A DNA stretch of 64,000 nt from Bugula neritina. Lineage: Eukaryota; Animalia; Bryozoa. The notes under the pieces are model-generated. The model saw only the letters and a program-made list of their open reading frames with translations, ran no database searches and was not told where the DNA came from. The DNA lies in contig OZ037767.1 of assembly GCA_964035545.1 (NCBI GenBank), forward strand, positions 4,480,707-4,544,706, read 5' to 3'. Both the position numbers and the translations under genes were made by a program. Of the stretch, positions 48,269 through 61,400 are shown piece by piece (positions within the stretch are counted from its first letter, which is position 1; each line of letters begins with the position of its first letter).

Positions 48269-50662
48269 ACCATGTAAAAGTCAGCCGATCAGCATTGTGT
48301 ACCAGGTCAACACCCCACTATTATAGTTTATATAAAATTCTGCAAGTTCAGTTGCAAAATGCATGCTTCTAGAAAGCAGTTGTGCAACTTTTTTCAAGTG
48401 CATTACTTTATTTCATATCTTAAATTTATGATCTTTGATGTATTTTTCAAAACAATTAAATTGAGTGTGTATAAAATGCAATTAAAAATTGTATGTCTAC
48501 AAAAATGACCTGGTACACTTTTGCAGCTGAAGGCCAGTTGTTACATAACTCTTAGCTTTATTTGTTCTCTATTATACTAGTATGAACTCTTGTTCTCCAA
48601 TATGCCAGCTGGTAATGAGCCACCAGATTTTGGTACAGAACTCTGATTAGCCGGGTTTTTGAATGGTTTTCTAATACATACATCTGATTGCCTGAATAGT
48701 GCACACTCCATCTACATTTACATGGTGCAAGCTACAGGGTAGTATTATACCAACTTTCTGTTTACTAATCTTTTGTTCACAATAGTAAATAGGCTATTCA
48801 GCAAAGATTTTATGGCATGTAAGCCATGGGAACTATCAACCCTCTCTGCTGTATATATTTTAGCTTGTAATAGCAAGTCTACATCATAGTGTTACTACCA
48901 ATATTCTCATATAAACTTATTCAATTTTCTTCAGATAATAAAATCCCTCCTTCACTCATAGAAAATAACAAGCAATCATTCAATGATTTAGCTTTGGTAA
49001 ACTATCATGTACAGTTTTTAAATGCATTTATTTTAGACTACCCTATTCTTCAGCTTACCAATACCATAGCTTAAAAAATGTGTATTGCAGCTTATGCTAA
49101 GCCTGAGTTGGCCGTTTCTGAACCTAAAATACTGTTTGTCTCTTATATTTGGACAATAGGTTGAACTAGTCATATTATATTTACTTGCAGGATTTAAAAT
49201 GCAAGTTTAGCAACAACATAGGTTTTTCTTTCAATGAATTATAAACACATAAATTATTGGTGTAGAGAAATTGCAATTTATGCTGCTTATGATAACATAA
49301 TGTTTTTACACGATCTAATCTCATAGCTTTAAAATATCGTAAGAAATTTTTCTATGAAAGTACTGGATTTCATCAGTTATAGAGAAAGTACTAGACTTCA
49401 TCAGTTATAGAGGGTGGCTGCAGATTGCAGAGATCCCAGCAGACAATAGGACTTTCAAGAAATGCTAGCTGAAGGCTTTACCCAATACTTTACCATTCAA
49501 ACAGAATGTAATGGGTGTCAACATGCATTACATAATGTTGTGACTATGCATAGTAATCTGGCTGTATGAGACAAGGCTTTGTTCATGAATTTAAGCAAAT
49601 ACTTCTGACAAACAACTATTGCTTTACTTAGTAGCTGGTTTAAACCCATGCAGCTATAACAACAATAATTTTAATGAATGTTGTGTTTAAGCAATGGGTA
49701 TAAATCATTCTTACTTTAAACACTGAAGTATTATCGGGCAATGACTAGTAATGAGGTGGTCACTTTTGATAGACTTTAAAGACAAGTATAAATGAAGCTA
49801 ATTTACTCCTAAAAAAAATTGCAACCAAAAAAGTTTATTCTTTACTGAGTATAGGATTGTCGCATGTTAAATTATAACCTTAACTAAATAAGTCAAGACA
49901 GCAAGTGAACTACTTTAGGTGATAGATGAATACTCTATATAAAACATCTTTTCTAAATATGTAAACTGCTAAACCCTACAGATAAATAATAAATACATGT
50001 GGTTTAACTACTAATGTTTATTGAAACAATTTCAAAGTTTAGTAGAAAGAACTATAATGGGACAGATGCATAAGCAATATTAGCAGCAGTGATGGTTGAT
50101 TAAACCTCTTTAGTAGTTCCCATGGCTTACACGCCATAAAATCCTTGCTAAATAGCCTATTTACTATTATGAACAAAAGATTGATAAACAGAAAGATGGT
50201 ATAATACTACCCTGTAGCTTGCACCATGTAAAGGTAGACGGAGTGTACACTATTCAGGCAATCAGATGTATGTATTAGAAAACCATTCAAAAACCCAGCT
50301 AATCAGAGTTCTGTACCAAAAGCTGGCATATTGGAGAACAAGAGTTCATACTAGTATAATAGAGAACAAATAAAGCTAAGAGTTATGTAACAACTGGCCT
50401 TCAGCTGCAAAAGTGTACCAGGTCATTTTTTTAGACATACAATTTTTAATTGCATTTTATACACACTTACTTTAGATGTTTTGAAAATACATCAGAGTGT
50501 CATAAATTTAAGATATGAAATAAAGTAATGCACTTAAAAAAAGTTGCACAACTGCTTTCTAGAAGAATGCATTTTGCAACTGAACTTGCAGAATTTTATA
50601 TATGCTATATTAGTGGGGTGTTGACCTGGTACACTTTGCTGATCGGCTGACTTTTACATGGT
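48269..50662. repeat. Internal inverted repeat: arms 48269-48835 and 50114-50662 around a ~1.28-kb spacer
   Basis: accatgtaaaagtcagccgatcagc...ccatgggaacta is matched by its reverse complement tagttcccatgg...gctgatcggctgacttttacatggt. Confidence 0.9.
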
Positions 50663-53600
50663 CTAAGTAATTTTAGAGGTAATGGCTTTCATTATAGAGC
50701 TAATAACAGGCTCCAACCTTATAGAGATACACAAAGGGCTACATAAGGACAACAACAACTACAATAAGTATAACATAGGACATGAAGTTTGAAGCAATTT
50801 TGCTGGCAATTCCCCAAAGAATTAATATTATACCTAACTAATGTAAACTTTAAACACATTTTTTCAACTTGCTGAAACTTCATACCAGCAAGAAATCTTT
50901 TTAACGAAGATAAATTGCATTTTGTAAAACTGTTTGATGTTGCTGTGCAGCTCTGGCTGAATTATAATGAAACATAGAGCAAGCCATTTATTTTGCAAAA
51001 CTAATCATAAAGTACAGAATAAATCATGAAAAGTTGTATAATTTTGTATTTTATATCAAAAAAAGTTTTCTTTAGTTAAATTAACATTTCAGTTGTGGAA
51101 AGAACAACTGTTATATTGTTTCTAATAGTTTCACTTGAAGCTTTCCTGCAGTGTAGCAGTGTTTGTTCTATCTATTCAGTCAGTTACCTAATTATTTATT
51201 AGTTTGTAGGCTGTTCTATTTACTCTAGGCCCTAGGCTTTAAGAATGAAGAACTAGCACTATCTAGCACCATCTAGCAATTGTAACCTATTGATAGTCCA
51301 GGGTGCTTTACTTGCCATACTCTGGCTTGCAGATCGAAGGATTCAAATTGCTTTTTATGACTAGATACCTGTTACATTTTGCTCTTACAAGATAAATCAA
51401 TTTTAAAATATTCTCAAAGTAAAAACATGTTTAATGGTAGCACCATACATTGTTGTTCAGTTTGTATCTCTACCTCAATATTTTGCATTATTTTGTTCTA
51501 TCAATTTGTGAAAAGAGCTACTGAAAGAGCTGTTGATGAAACTTAAAACAAATTGAAACATTTACCCCATACTCAACTTGCTGGATTGCTCTCTATCATG
51601 GTAGGCTATCAACAAAGCAAGCCAAAATTGCTTATTCTGAAGTTTAGCTTTTGTGAAAATTGGCAAGCTTTAGTTAATAACCTGTAATTATATAGCCAAG
51701 TTGTTTAATTAAGATTTAAAGTAGCATTGTGTTACACACAATAGTTTCGGAAAATAATTGAAAGAAAAATTTAATAATATATTATTACTATAAAGTACCA
51801 GGAAAGTCTTGCTGATGTTCATAAAGCATGCATTAAACATTCTGTATTTCAATGGAAGATGACTTACACATTGTAGAAGGAAAGTTGTCTACTTGTCTTA
51901 GTTTACAAGGCTATGTCGTAATGCTAGTAGTAGACTGATACCCAAACAAAAAAAAAGGAAAAAATCTGGTGCTTGTCATAAATATTATGTTAGATTTGTC
52001 TCTCTAGCATTAGGACAAAAAGAGAGATGAACCAGTTGCATATATAGTGCGATTGTGCATAAACTGCTATCCTAGCTTACAAATTGTTGAGTGCCAATAT
52101 TTGAATTGTCAATATATTTATGCCAGGTAAGGCCAGTAAGAAAATGTAGTTTACCAGTACAAGATTAAATAAAAAGTACGTAAAAGCAGTAGCAGAGACG
52201 AGTTCTGAAACGTCTGCTCATGCAAACAAAATGCCCAATTGCTAAGAGTTGGGAGCAGTTTTGAAGAAGCTTGTATATTATACCACTAATTGTTAACATT
52301 AAATCTATAAAAGTTACTGCTAAAGATTGAAAAAAAAATCAAGGCACATTCAGAAGCTTGCTAATATATTTCTTTTGAAGCTATTGCAATTAAAGAGTAA
52401 TTTGTAGTGTAACTGCTGCATTTCTAGCCAACAAAAAGTTTCAATAGCTTATAAAAGGCTAGACAACATGGTTTTCAAATTTTGTTTTAGTACACATAGC
52501 TTCAGGTTTTTTAAGAAGCACTATTTTATATATTAGCAACTGTGAAAGATATAGTTAGGGGTTGCTCTTATTTGTGCTCCGTAAAGCATTTAAAAAAAGA
52601 ACTCAGATATGGGTTTGAGAAGAAAGAGCATATAATTAGTAGCCTTACATTCAGCTTTAACTCAATATATTTTACTGAAGCGTTGAGTTAATCGCTATAG
52701 ACTTTAGAGCATATGAAAGTGTACTAGCCGACTGTTTTGTGTGCACTATAGCAAAGAATCACAGTTCAAAGTACATTTTCAGATATAAATGATTGTGAAA
52801 AATATATTCTAATTGGTTTAATCTTATCATATATTACAAGTCTCTTTGTTATGTAAATTCAAATAGAATACTATAATTATTTTGAAATAAATATTAAAAA
52901 ATTATCAGCCTATTGTGCATTAGTACTTCAAATAATATTAGCAATGACAAAAATATTAGTAGGACATTTTGTTCTCATATGATGCATCATGAAGATGAAG
53001 TGCAGAAAATGTGCTAATATTCTTAAGATTAGTTTAAAGCAATGGTGTTCTGCGTGTTCTTTAATGATTGATTACAAACAGTGCTCTCAAATTGCTATCT
53101 ATATAACTGTTCAAAGAATCACCGAGGCAGACTTTTAAGAAATCTGCAAAATACTGTACCTATACGGTTGATTTAATGAAAGGAATAGCTAGTAAAACTT
53201 CAAAAATAAGCCTTTGAAGCAAATCGTTTAGCATCTGGTAAATAGAAGTGCATACTTGGCCGTTTTTTTTAGTATAATACCTATATAGTGGTGCTATCTA
53301 TCCAATTGTTTTTTATTAAAAGACTTTAGAACATATAGCTAGTTTAGAAATTAGTTTTATCTTGCTTATTTGTCCGAATTATAGTAGGTATATGCATGGT
53401 AGCTAAATGAACTTAACACACATATTTTTTAATACAGGAAAATACTATAGATATTAGATATTACAGTATAAACTGGCTGCAATCAAATTGAGTAATTTTT
53501 AAAATAAAATATACATTATACGTTTCATTCATTCTTTAAGTATACAATATAGGCTTATAATAATTTGAGGCAACTTTTAATTAATTAATTATATCTGTAT

Positions 53601-54265
53601 TTTGTCAACTAACTGCTATTCTATTTTTGCTATTACAATATTTTACTTCACTTGCTTATTGAATGACGTGCAATTTCTTTTTCAAAGTACTTGTTTTTAC
53701 AGTTTAAAACTATATACACTTGGTTCAATTTAATTGAACTTTTCCTGTTATATAAAAAAATATATATATACAACTTTCATTACCTAAACAAAATATAAGA
53801 ATAAGCAAAACATCAACAAATGTAATGAGGATGATACAGGGTGCACTTCGAATTATTAGACATGAAAATCCTTATTCGATTTTAAAAAGGAAATACATAA
53901 CATAGGAAATTGAAGTGTAATTTTTTTTATTTTGAATGCATGGCTATATCAGTTCCTTACAGAGAGTAATGGCATAGTGTGAATAGAAGTTGAAAAATAA
54001 TTTTTTTTTAACTGAAATTGTTGGATAATTAATTATAGCAGACAAAGTAGAACAAAACCAATTGAGTTTCTATACTTTGCATAGTACAAATGTAATATAG
54101 CTTTTATTACTCAAAAAGTAAAAATGAGAAGACAATTTCAAAGTAAAAATAATATGATATATTCTGATAACAGAGGGGGCTCTGTTTATAGGCCCCCTAT
54201 GGTATCGAAATATACCAAATGCATATAAGCCCCCTATGAGCAGCCCCCTATGAAACCACATTTAA

Positions 54266-54320
<55 letters not shown>

Positions 54321-54373
54321 TATATACATATATATATATATTTTAATAATATATTATATATTGTTATATTATA

Positions 54374-55691
54374 GGGGTAACGGGGGCACAACGGTCATAG
54401 GGGTACAAAAAGCCGGCCAAATTGTCAGAGAACTTATTGACTTAGAGTTGTGATTTTTTTTTTCATAAAAATATATTGACATAATTATTCAGCCTCTGTA
54501 GTTTCAACACTTGCGGAACATACGTGTTGAAAAGGCGAGTAAAAAACTGTTTTTACCTACTATTTGTAAATTTTTTAGGATGTCGTTGAAGCCTTATAAC
54601 TTTTTACACTCAAAGGCAAGAAGCCTACATTTTACTAATATTGTTGCCATTGCTTGTCTCTACAATGCTTAACTAGTATAACAGCAAACACTGAAATAAA
54701 TTTTCCTTGAGGCACATTTATTTTCGATTTGGCCACACGGGGCACAATGGGCCACGCTGACCGGGGCACAATGGGCCACCTGATTATTGCACCCTGATCA
54801 CTGTTATTAGTTTGTTTGCCAAAAAAGTTGGTTGAACTGTTACTAAAATTTATAAATATAGCCATTTCTGACCTTTTTGTAAAATATCAAAGACATCATG
54901 GTAAGACTACAAAACTACAAGTTGAAGCTCCCCTAATACATACATCTGGTAAGGTTAAAGCTTTGCCATTTTATACATAATACAAAACACTCTGCTGTTG
55001 CTACTAGTAGATAGTCATGATAATCATTATATATTACACCATTGAGGAAATATACATGCATTTGACTGAAATAAATTGTGATTTGCTCATTTGCTCCCCC
55101 CTCTCCCTTCCGTACTCCAGTCACAAACTTCAGCCATGCATGCACCTTAGCTACAATTCATTGAAAAAAGTTCACTCAGAATTTTGTAGTACATTTTAGT
55201 AAAGTTTTTTTAATTAAACGTTGCTCTGAAGTGAAAATAACAAAACATTTTTAGTTTTAAACAGTAGTGATAATGGCACTGCAGAACTGAGTGACGTGCG
55301 TTTGATTTTGCCTTCCTCTGCTATCCGTAGTGGCACAAACTGTACAGCTAAAACATGAATTTTGCTGTAAATCTAAAAGAGTATCTTTATTTATTTGTGT
55401 TATTAAATAAATAAAGATCAGATATAACAAAATACGCAAAATTTCAATATATTTGTTGTGTCCCACCCAGTGGCCCATTGTACCCCGGTACCGGGGCACA
55501 ATGGGCCAATTTTTTCTTCATGAAAATTTCATTATTCTGAAAGTTGTGAAAGAGATAGAAACAACAAACTGGTACCTGTAATAGACAACAGATGTAGCAT
55601 TAAGACTAGAGATTATTGAACTAGTAACTTGAAAAACAGACGAATGAGAGCAACAAATGCAAAATTCGGCCCGTTGTGCCCCCGTTACCCC
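54374..55691. mobile_element. Nested non-autonomous DNA transposon (MITE, 1.3 kb), TA target site, Tc1/mariner-pogo-like
   Basis: Perfect 21-bp TIR GGGGTAACGGGGGCACAACGG / CCGTTGTGCCCCCGTTACCCC flanked by TA. Internal GGGGCACAATGGGCCA repeats. Inserted in the (TA)n tract of the host element's right arm. Confidence 0.85.
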
Positions 55692-56117
55692 TATATATAT
55701 TATATAAGTATAATAATATTATATATAATATATATATATTATAATAATATATTATATAATATAATAATATAATATATTATTATATTATATATTATATTAT
55801 ATATATATTATATATATATATATTATATAATATAATAATATAATATATTATTATATTATATATTATATTATATATATATATAATATCATATAAAATATAT
55901 TATTATATTATATTATTTATAATATATATATATATATATATATTATAATAATATATTATACATTAATATATTATATATTATATATATAATAATATCATAT
56001 ATAACATATTATTATATTATATATTAAATTATATACATTATATATATATAATGATATTATATATAATATATATATATATATATACGTATAATAATATTAT
56101 ATATTATATATATATAA

Positions 56118-56201
<84 letters not shown>
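55692..56201. repeat. TA-rich low-complexity tract / microsatellite
   Basis: Direct observation. Counterpart of (TA)n at about 42725-42792 and 54267-54340. Confidence 0.95.
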
Positions 56202-58434
56202 CATGCCAAATATTTACTACAAAATTCAAAAATAGCATAAATTAAGTAGTATTACCGTGCCTATTTGCATCCAATTTACTAGTCTTACATTTATAGCAAC
56301 TGTAACGTATTTTGTGTATAATGGTTATTGCAAGCATTATTCAATTCATATTCACATTGTAATCACAGCGAAGCTTTAACTTTGTAGCTTTGCATTTATG
56401 TGCATGATTGAGTTTTAATTTTTCTTTTAATTTTATGTGCAATAAAAATGTGTTTAAAAACTTTACCAATAAACAAAACTAAAAAAATGTACACATAAAA
56501 TAGAAAAACAATAAAATAACAAAAGTGGCAAAATTTTTCCTTTATAACTTATATAAACTCGCGGTACCAATCTCGGCATAATGGCGCCCATATGATTCCG
56601 TAAGATTTGCTAATGGCAACACTCCTAATATATACCACTCTGGCATAACACACAATCATTTGAGTTGGGAGGGCCACTTCACCGGAGGTGTTTTGTGACT
56701 AGTTATAATATGAACTACTAAGTTATTACATCTTTAAACTTAGATTCTATTGCATTTATATTTAGGAACAGTTCAAATGATTTACAGATATATTGAGAAT
56801 TTACGTATTAGTAATTAAAGCCAGTAGATTTTTGTCAACACATCAACAATTTTGAAACAGGAATCTAATTTAGATTAAGCTGAAAACATGTCTAATAACA
56901 ATTCAAACTAAATACTATTCTGTTTAGACTTTAGTGCATCTATTCTACTGTCTCTCTGTCAATGAATTCAAGTGAGAGCGCTGCATAACTAATCATGGAA
57001 TATTATTTTCATATTTAGTTTATTTTCATTATATCCATGTCATTGCTATGTGGGTCATTTTTCTGTATTTAGCAAGCACTAGAAAACTAGAAACAAAAAT
57101 TAAAAGTCATGGCAATAAAGCAGGTGGTAGTATTTTTGTGCACGGTGATTAAGACATGTAAAGGTATAAAGCTAAGAGAAAATTCTGCAAAAAGAAGTGC
57201 ATTTTATTGCCATGCATCTTGCAAATAAAAATGTGGCTTTGCTCAGTTGTTTTGGAGTGTGACTTTCTACCCTTGAAAACTGTATCACTTATACCGTGGA
57301 TAGTAGATGAAACACCGGTATATACTACGCAAGTAATTTGATGAAAGAATAAAAGTTGTAGGTGTGGCATTATTAGCATCATGATGATAATAATATAGAT
57401 ATGTGTTCTGGCGTTCTGAAAATGTGCTCTGCTTCTCTTTTGTAAGCAGGGAGCATGTAAGATGACCCGATGTTGACAAGCTACAAGCTAGCAGGTACTA
57501 AAGCTACTGACAAGTGATAGCCAAAGGAAAGCCAACACAAAACACTCTGGAGCTGGAGCTTAGCCTGGTAGGTTAATACTACAGTAGGGAATATGGAGTA
57601 TGAAATAAATTTTACAAAATTATATGAGTGTGAGATTTTGACAAACGAATACACCACTATCCACTATGCAAAAGTAACCACAAAGTTTCTTGACAAAAAT
57701 TTAACAAAAAGCGTGGTAGAAACAATTTAACAAAGTTTGAGGAATGTATAGTTGTTTGTTTTATTTGTTAACAAATAATTAGGTTTATTTAAAAAACATT
57801 TAGCAGCTACACTTTTATAAAATGTGCATAAATTGTCAAAATGCGGGGTGTGCTAAATAAAGTAAAATAAACATTGGATATAATTCTAAGTCAAATACAA
57901 GTATTCATATCTATAAATATCTTTAACAAGTTCTCTACTAAATATAATAATATATCAAAAATAAGGTGAACTCTGTAAAAAAAGTATTCTTACTGCCCAA
58001 GCTATATTTTTCAACAGCTGTATGTTGCTTATAGTAATTAAAACTACAAAATTTACCACTGAAACTTTGAATTTTGCCATAGATGGAGTTGGCCACTTAC
58101 CAAAGTGTAATGTTTATTTACAACCTGTTACAGCCACTATAAGCATCGAATGCTTTCTTGTAAAGTGTAGGTCAATTACATTTAGTTTGTAGAGTCTGTG
58201 CTTCAAGGGCTGCTTTACAGATACTTTTTGACTGATAAGAATCGTGACATTTTATCAAAATTATTGACAGTTTATTTAAAAAATAATATTACTTGCAAAT
58301 AGTAAAGTATAACTAATGTAATAACACAAAAACAAATAACAACTAATATTTACATAACAGCCTTACTGTAAAAGCTGTGAGTACTATACATGCAGCACTA
58401 GGATACAAATAGCAGACAGTAAAATATTTAGGAT

Positions 58435-61400
58435 TCAACTTTTAAGCTTATCTTTCTTGCTATTATTGTCATAAATTTTGTTGAGCAAAGAGGTAGTCTG
58501 TGTATGAACTTTTGCCAACACCTTCCATTTATTTACGTATTGCCCCGCGACAGCCATATCTCTCAACGATTTAATTGGCTTTTCTTTTCTCTCCCTTGTC
58601 TGAGATATTGTTTCCTTCTCTGAGACTAAGTCTGCTAGGGATGAGTCATTGTTGTGATCTTCCAGAAACTCAAGTAGTACTTTGTCTATTAGACCCAGTA
58701 AGGTTTCTCTTTCAGTTATATTTTCCTAAAGTTTTATAATTACAATTATGCGGATTTTATTAAAAACATTAAAAATTAATATAGAAATAACTTTGGTCTT
58801 ATTGCATGGCATGCAATTATCTTAGTTCTATAGCTAAAGATATAGTAGTACAGAATTAAGTTTAGTGATAAATTTTTAATAAATCTTTGAGAAATCAAAT
58901 GTGTATAGAAACATACTTCAAAAAGTGGTTTGATTATATAAAAAGAATTCTTTTGCCTTCATAGTTTTCCATCTAGAGAAAAGCTCAAGTGTTGAAAAGA
59001 AAACTTTTGAAGTTATCTTAATATATTATCCTGTGTACACCTACAACATCTAGGTTCTAAATTGGCGCAAAATTGTTCCAGGAAAAACGGCCACAGCAAA
59101 GTATTACCTGCAGATATTCCATAAGCATAAGATATTTAAAGTAGACATCTTTGTGCCATGAGGTTACTGTATCCACCGACTTTAACCTCTTGCAGATCTT
59201 TTGAGCAGCTTTCTGCCACAAGTCCACCGACGTGAGACTTTCGGCTGGGGCAAGCTTTTCTCTCCCCTGTGTTTATTATAAGATATAAGTGACAGCTACG
59301 GTATAGCGTGTGTGCAAGTCTACATGGAACCCATACTAATCCATACCAATAGGCTAGATAGTAAATAGGATTGTTTTGATAGCCTACTTACCACAGAGAC
59401 TGGGGTGTAGCGGTTTGCACTATGCCCAAGTTTCTTATTATGTGTGTCTACAACAGTTGGACGACTTGCAGAGGGACACAGGCTTGTGGGTATGGGAGAC
59501 AACACGACAGACTCGGCAGCACTCAGATTGTACGAGGAGAACTTCCTAATATTGTGTTTTACTTCTTCACTTATATCCTTTACTGCAAATATTGTATATA
59601 ATAATTACTGTATTTTATTACTAGAATGACCGCTAATTAACAGCTTAGATCATTTTATACACAATATTTACACAGTTTGAGAACTAAATTACTAGTCTGT
59701 TTAATGAAAAGCTATAGTGAACCTTTGCAAGTCACATTCCAAAGTTGAATAAAAATCTTTCAAAAGTTTTACTAATTCAATTTTGTCTTTTTTTATACAG
59801 TTATCGAACCTATATATATTTATTTTAAAGTTCTCCCCAATAGTGTTATATTTGTGTCTGTAACCTTATGCTGAAAAAACAAAACAAAACAACCCACTTG
59901 AAATAACAAACCGTTATTTTCTAGTGTCTCATTCACTGCTAAATGATTGCTCTTGAACTTCTTTTTTCTTAAAAGCTTATCTTTGGTTTTTAGAGCACCT
60001 TTAACCACTTTCTGGAATTTTATGAGTGGCACATTCAAAACCTGTTGATCTCTCTCAATGGGGTCAGGCTTCACAGCCACCTTGTTCTTCCGGTTCAGCA
60101 ACCACTGTAGTGTAAACAGATCTGGCCATTTCAGAGAGCTGGCAGCACCAGATATCTCTTCATTGTCGACAGCAGCATAGTTGGCTGCCAGTTTCTCACC
60201 TTTCATTTTTTCTAGCCTGACAAACAACAGATTATGATTAGTGGTGTCTAGTAATACTAGAGGGGCACACCACAAAGTTCTTGTCCTTCTTATGATTAGG
60301 TACTCTGTTGTTTCATTCCATCAGGTTAATGGTTTGTTCCATTATACTCTACATTCTAAAGATACTGACGCCAGTCGAACCTTAGCTAGATTGCATGGGT
60401 AACTGCTAACTGTGGTATATGATTACGGAACAGCTACAGCCGCAGTGAATAGGACATATCTACCACTACCACTACCACTACCACTACCACTACCACTACC
60501 ACTACCACTACCACTACCACTACCACTACCACTACCACTACCACTACCACTACCACTACCACTACCACTACCACTACCACTACCACTATCACTGCCTGAT
60601 CTATAAGCGTGTTTTAAAAATACACCTAAGTATGATCTAAAAATATACCTACATATGATCTAAACACATATTAATATCATATTATTATATATCAACATAC
60701 TTGGAGTTGTCTTCAACGTTAGCCTCGTACCACTTGTGTGTCTGGTGGCCGGTTGCTCTTCGCATGTTAATCTTAGTGACATTATCAGCTTCCTTTCTAA
60801 TGTCTCTCTCCGTATACTTTTCTGCCTTGAAATGATGATACACATAGATAAAGTTTATTACTTATGCATGTATAGCAGCTGTATGGCTTTGTAATGGATG
60901 CTTCAACAACCAACCAGCTATGATCGAAGTCATTTACTATTTGCCAACTTTCATGTGTATACAGTGCAAAATAATATATAGAGTGTCATCAGAACATTCA
61001 CACGCTTTAAAATACTATAATATATTAGCACTATAGATGGAAGAGAATATAATAACACTTTACTAGGAAAGATAGAATAAATTACATATAATGAAAATAT
61101 ATAGAATTATGCATAGTATAGCACTCACCTGTTCCACCAGACTCTGGCGTATTTGTACAAAGTTATTAACTAATATTCCAATCAGCATGTTGCCTATGAT
61201 GTACGAGCCAAATATCACCCAGAGAATCACAAACGTTGCAGCACCGGTACTATTCACTTCCTGTCAAGTTATACAGTAGCTTTACAATTGTGTGGCAACA
61301 CTCTTTGAGAACAAGACATGCAGCTACTGTTTGCACATTTAGATGCAAAATAGTGGAGACAAAAGTTATTTCAAATAAGTCCACTTGTAATATTCTTCAA

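Larger units (their letters stand above)
42298..56642. mobile_element. 14.3-kb non-autonomous DNA transposon / foldback element with long TIRs (hAT- or P-superfamily-like)
   Basis: 8-bp TSD GCATAACA (42290-42297 and 56643-56650). Termini CAGTGTGGTATATTTAAGAGTGTTG / CAACACTCCTAATATATACCACTCTG. About 42345-42725 is the reverse complement of about 56200-56582. Subterminal CATAGGGGGC motifs near 42840-42880 are mirrored at about 54230-54252. No transposase ORF recognised. Confidence 0.8.

Noticed and set aside
60412-60606. (LP)n ORF or telomere-like repeat
   Set aside because: Intronic (CCACTA)n microsatellite; not the canonical TTAGGG/TTAGG repeat and not a credible protein.
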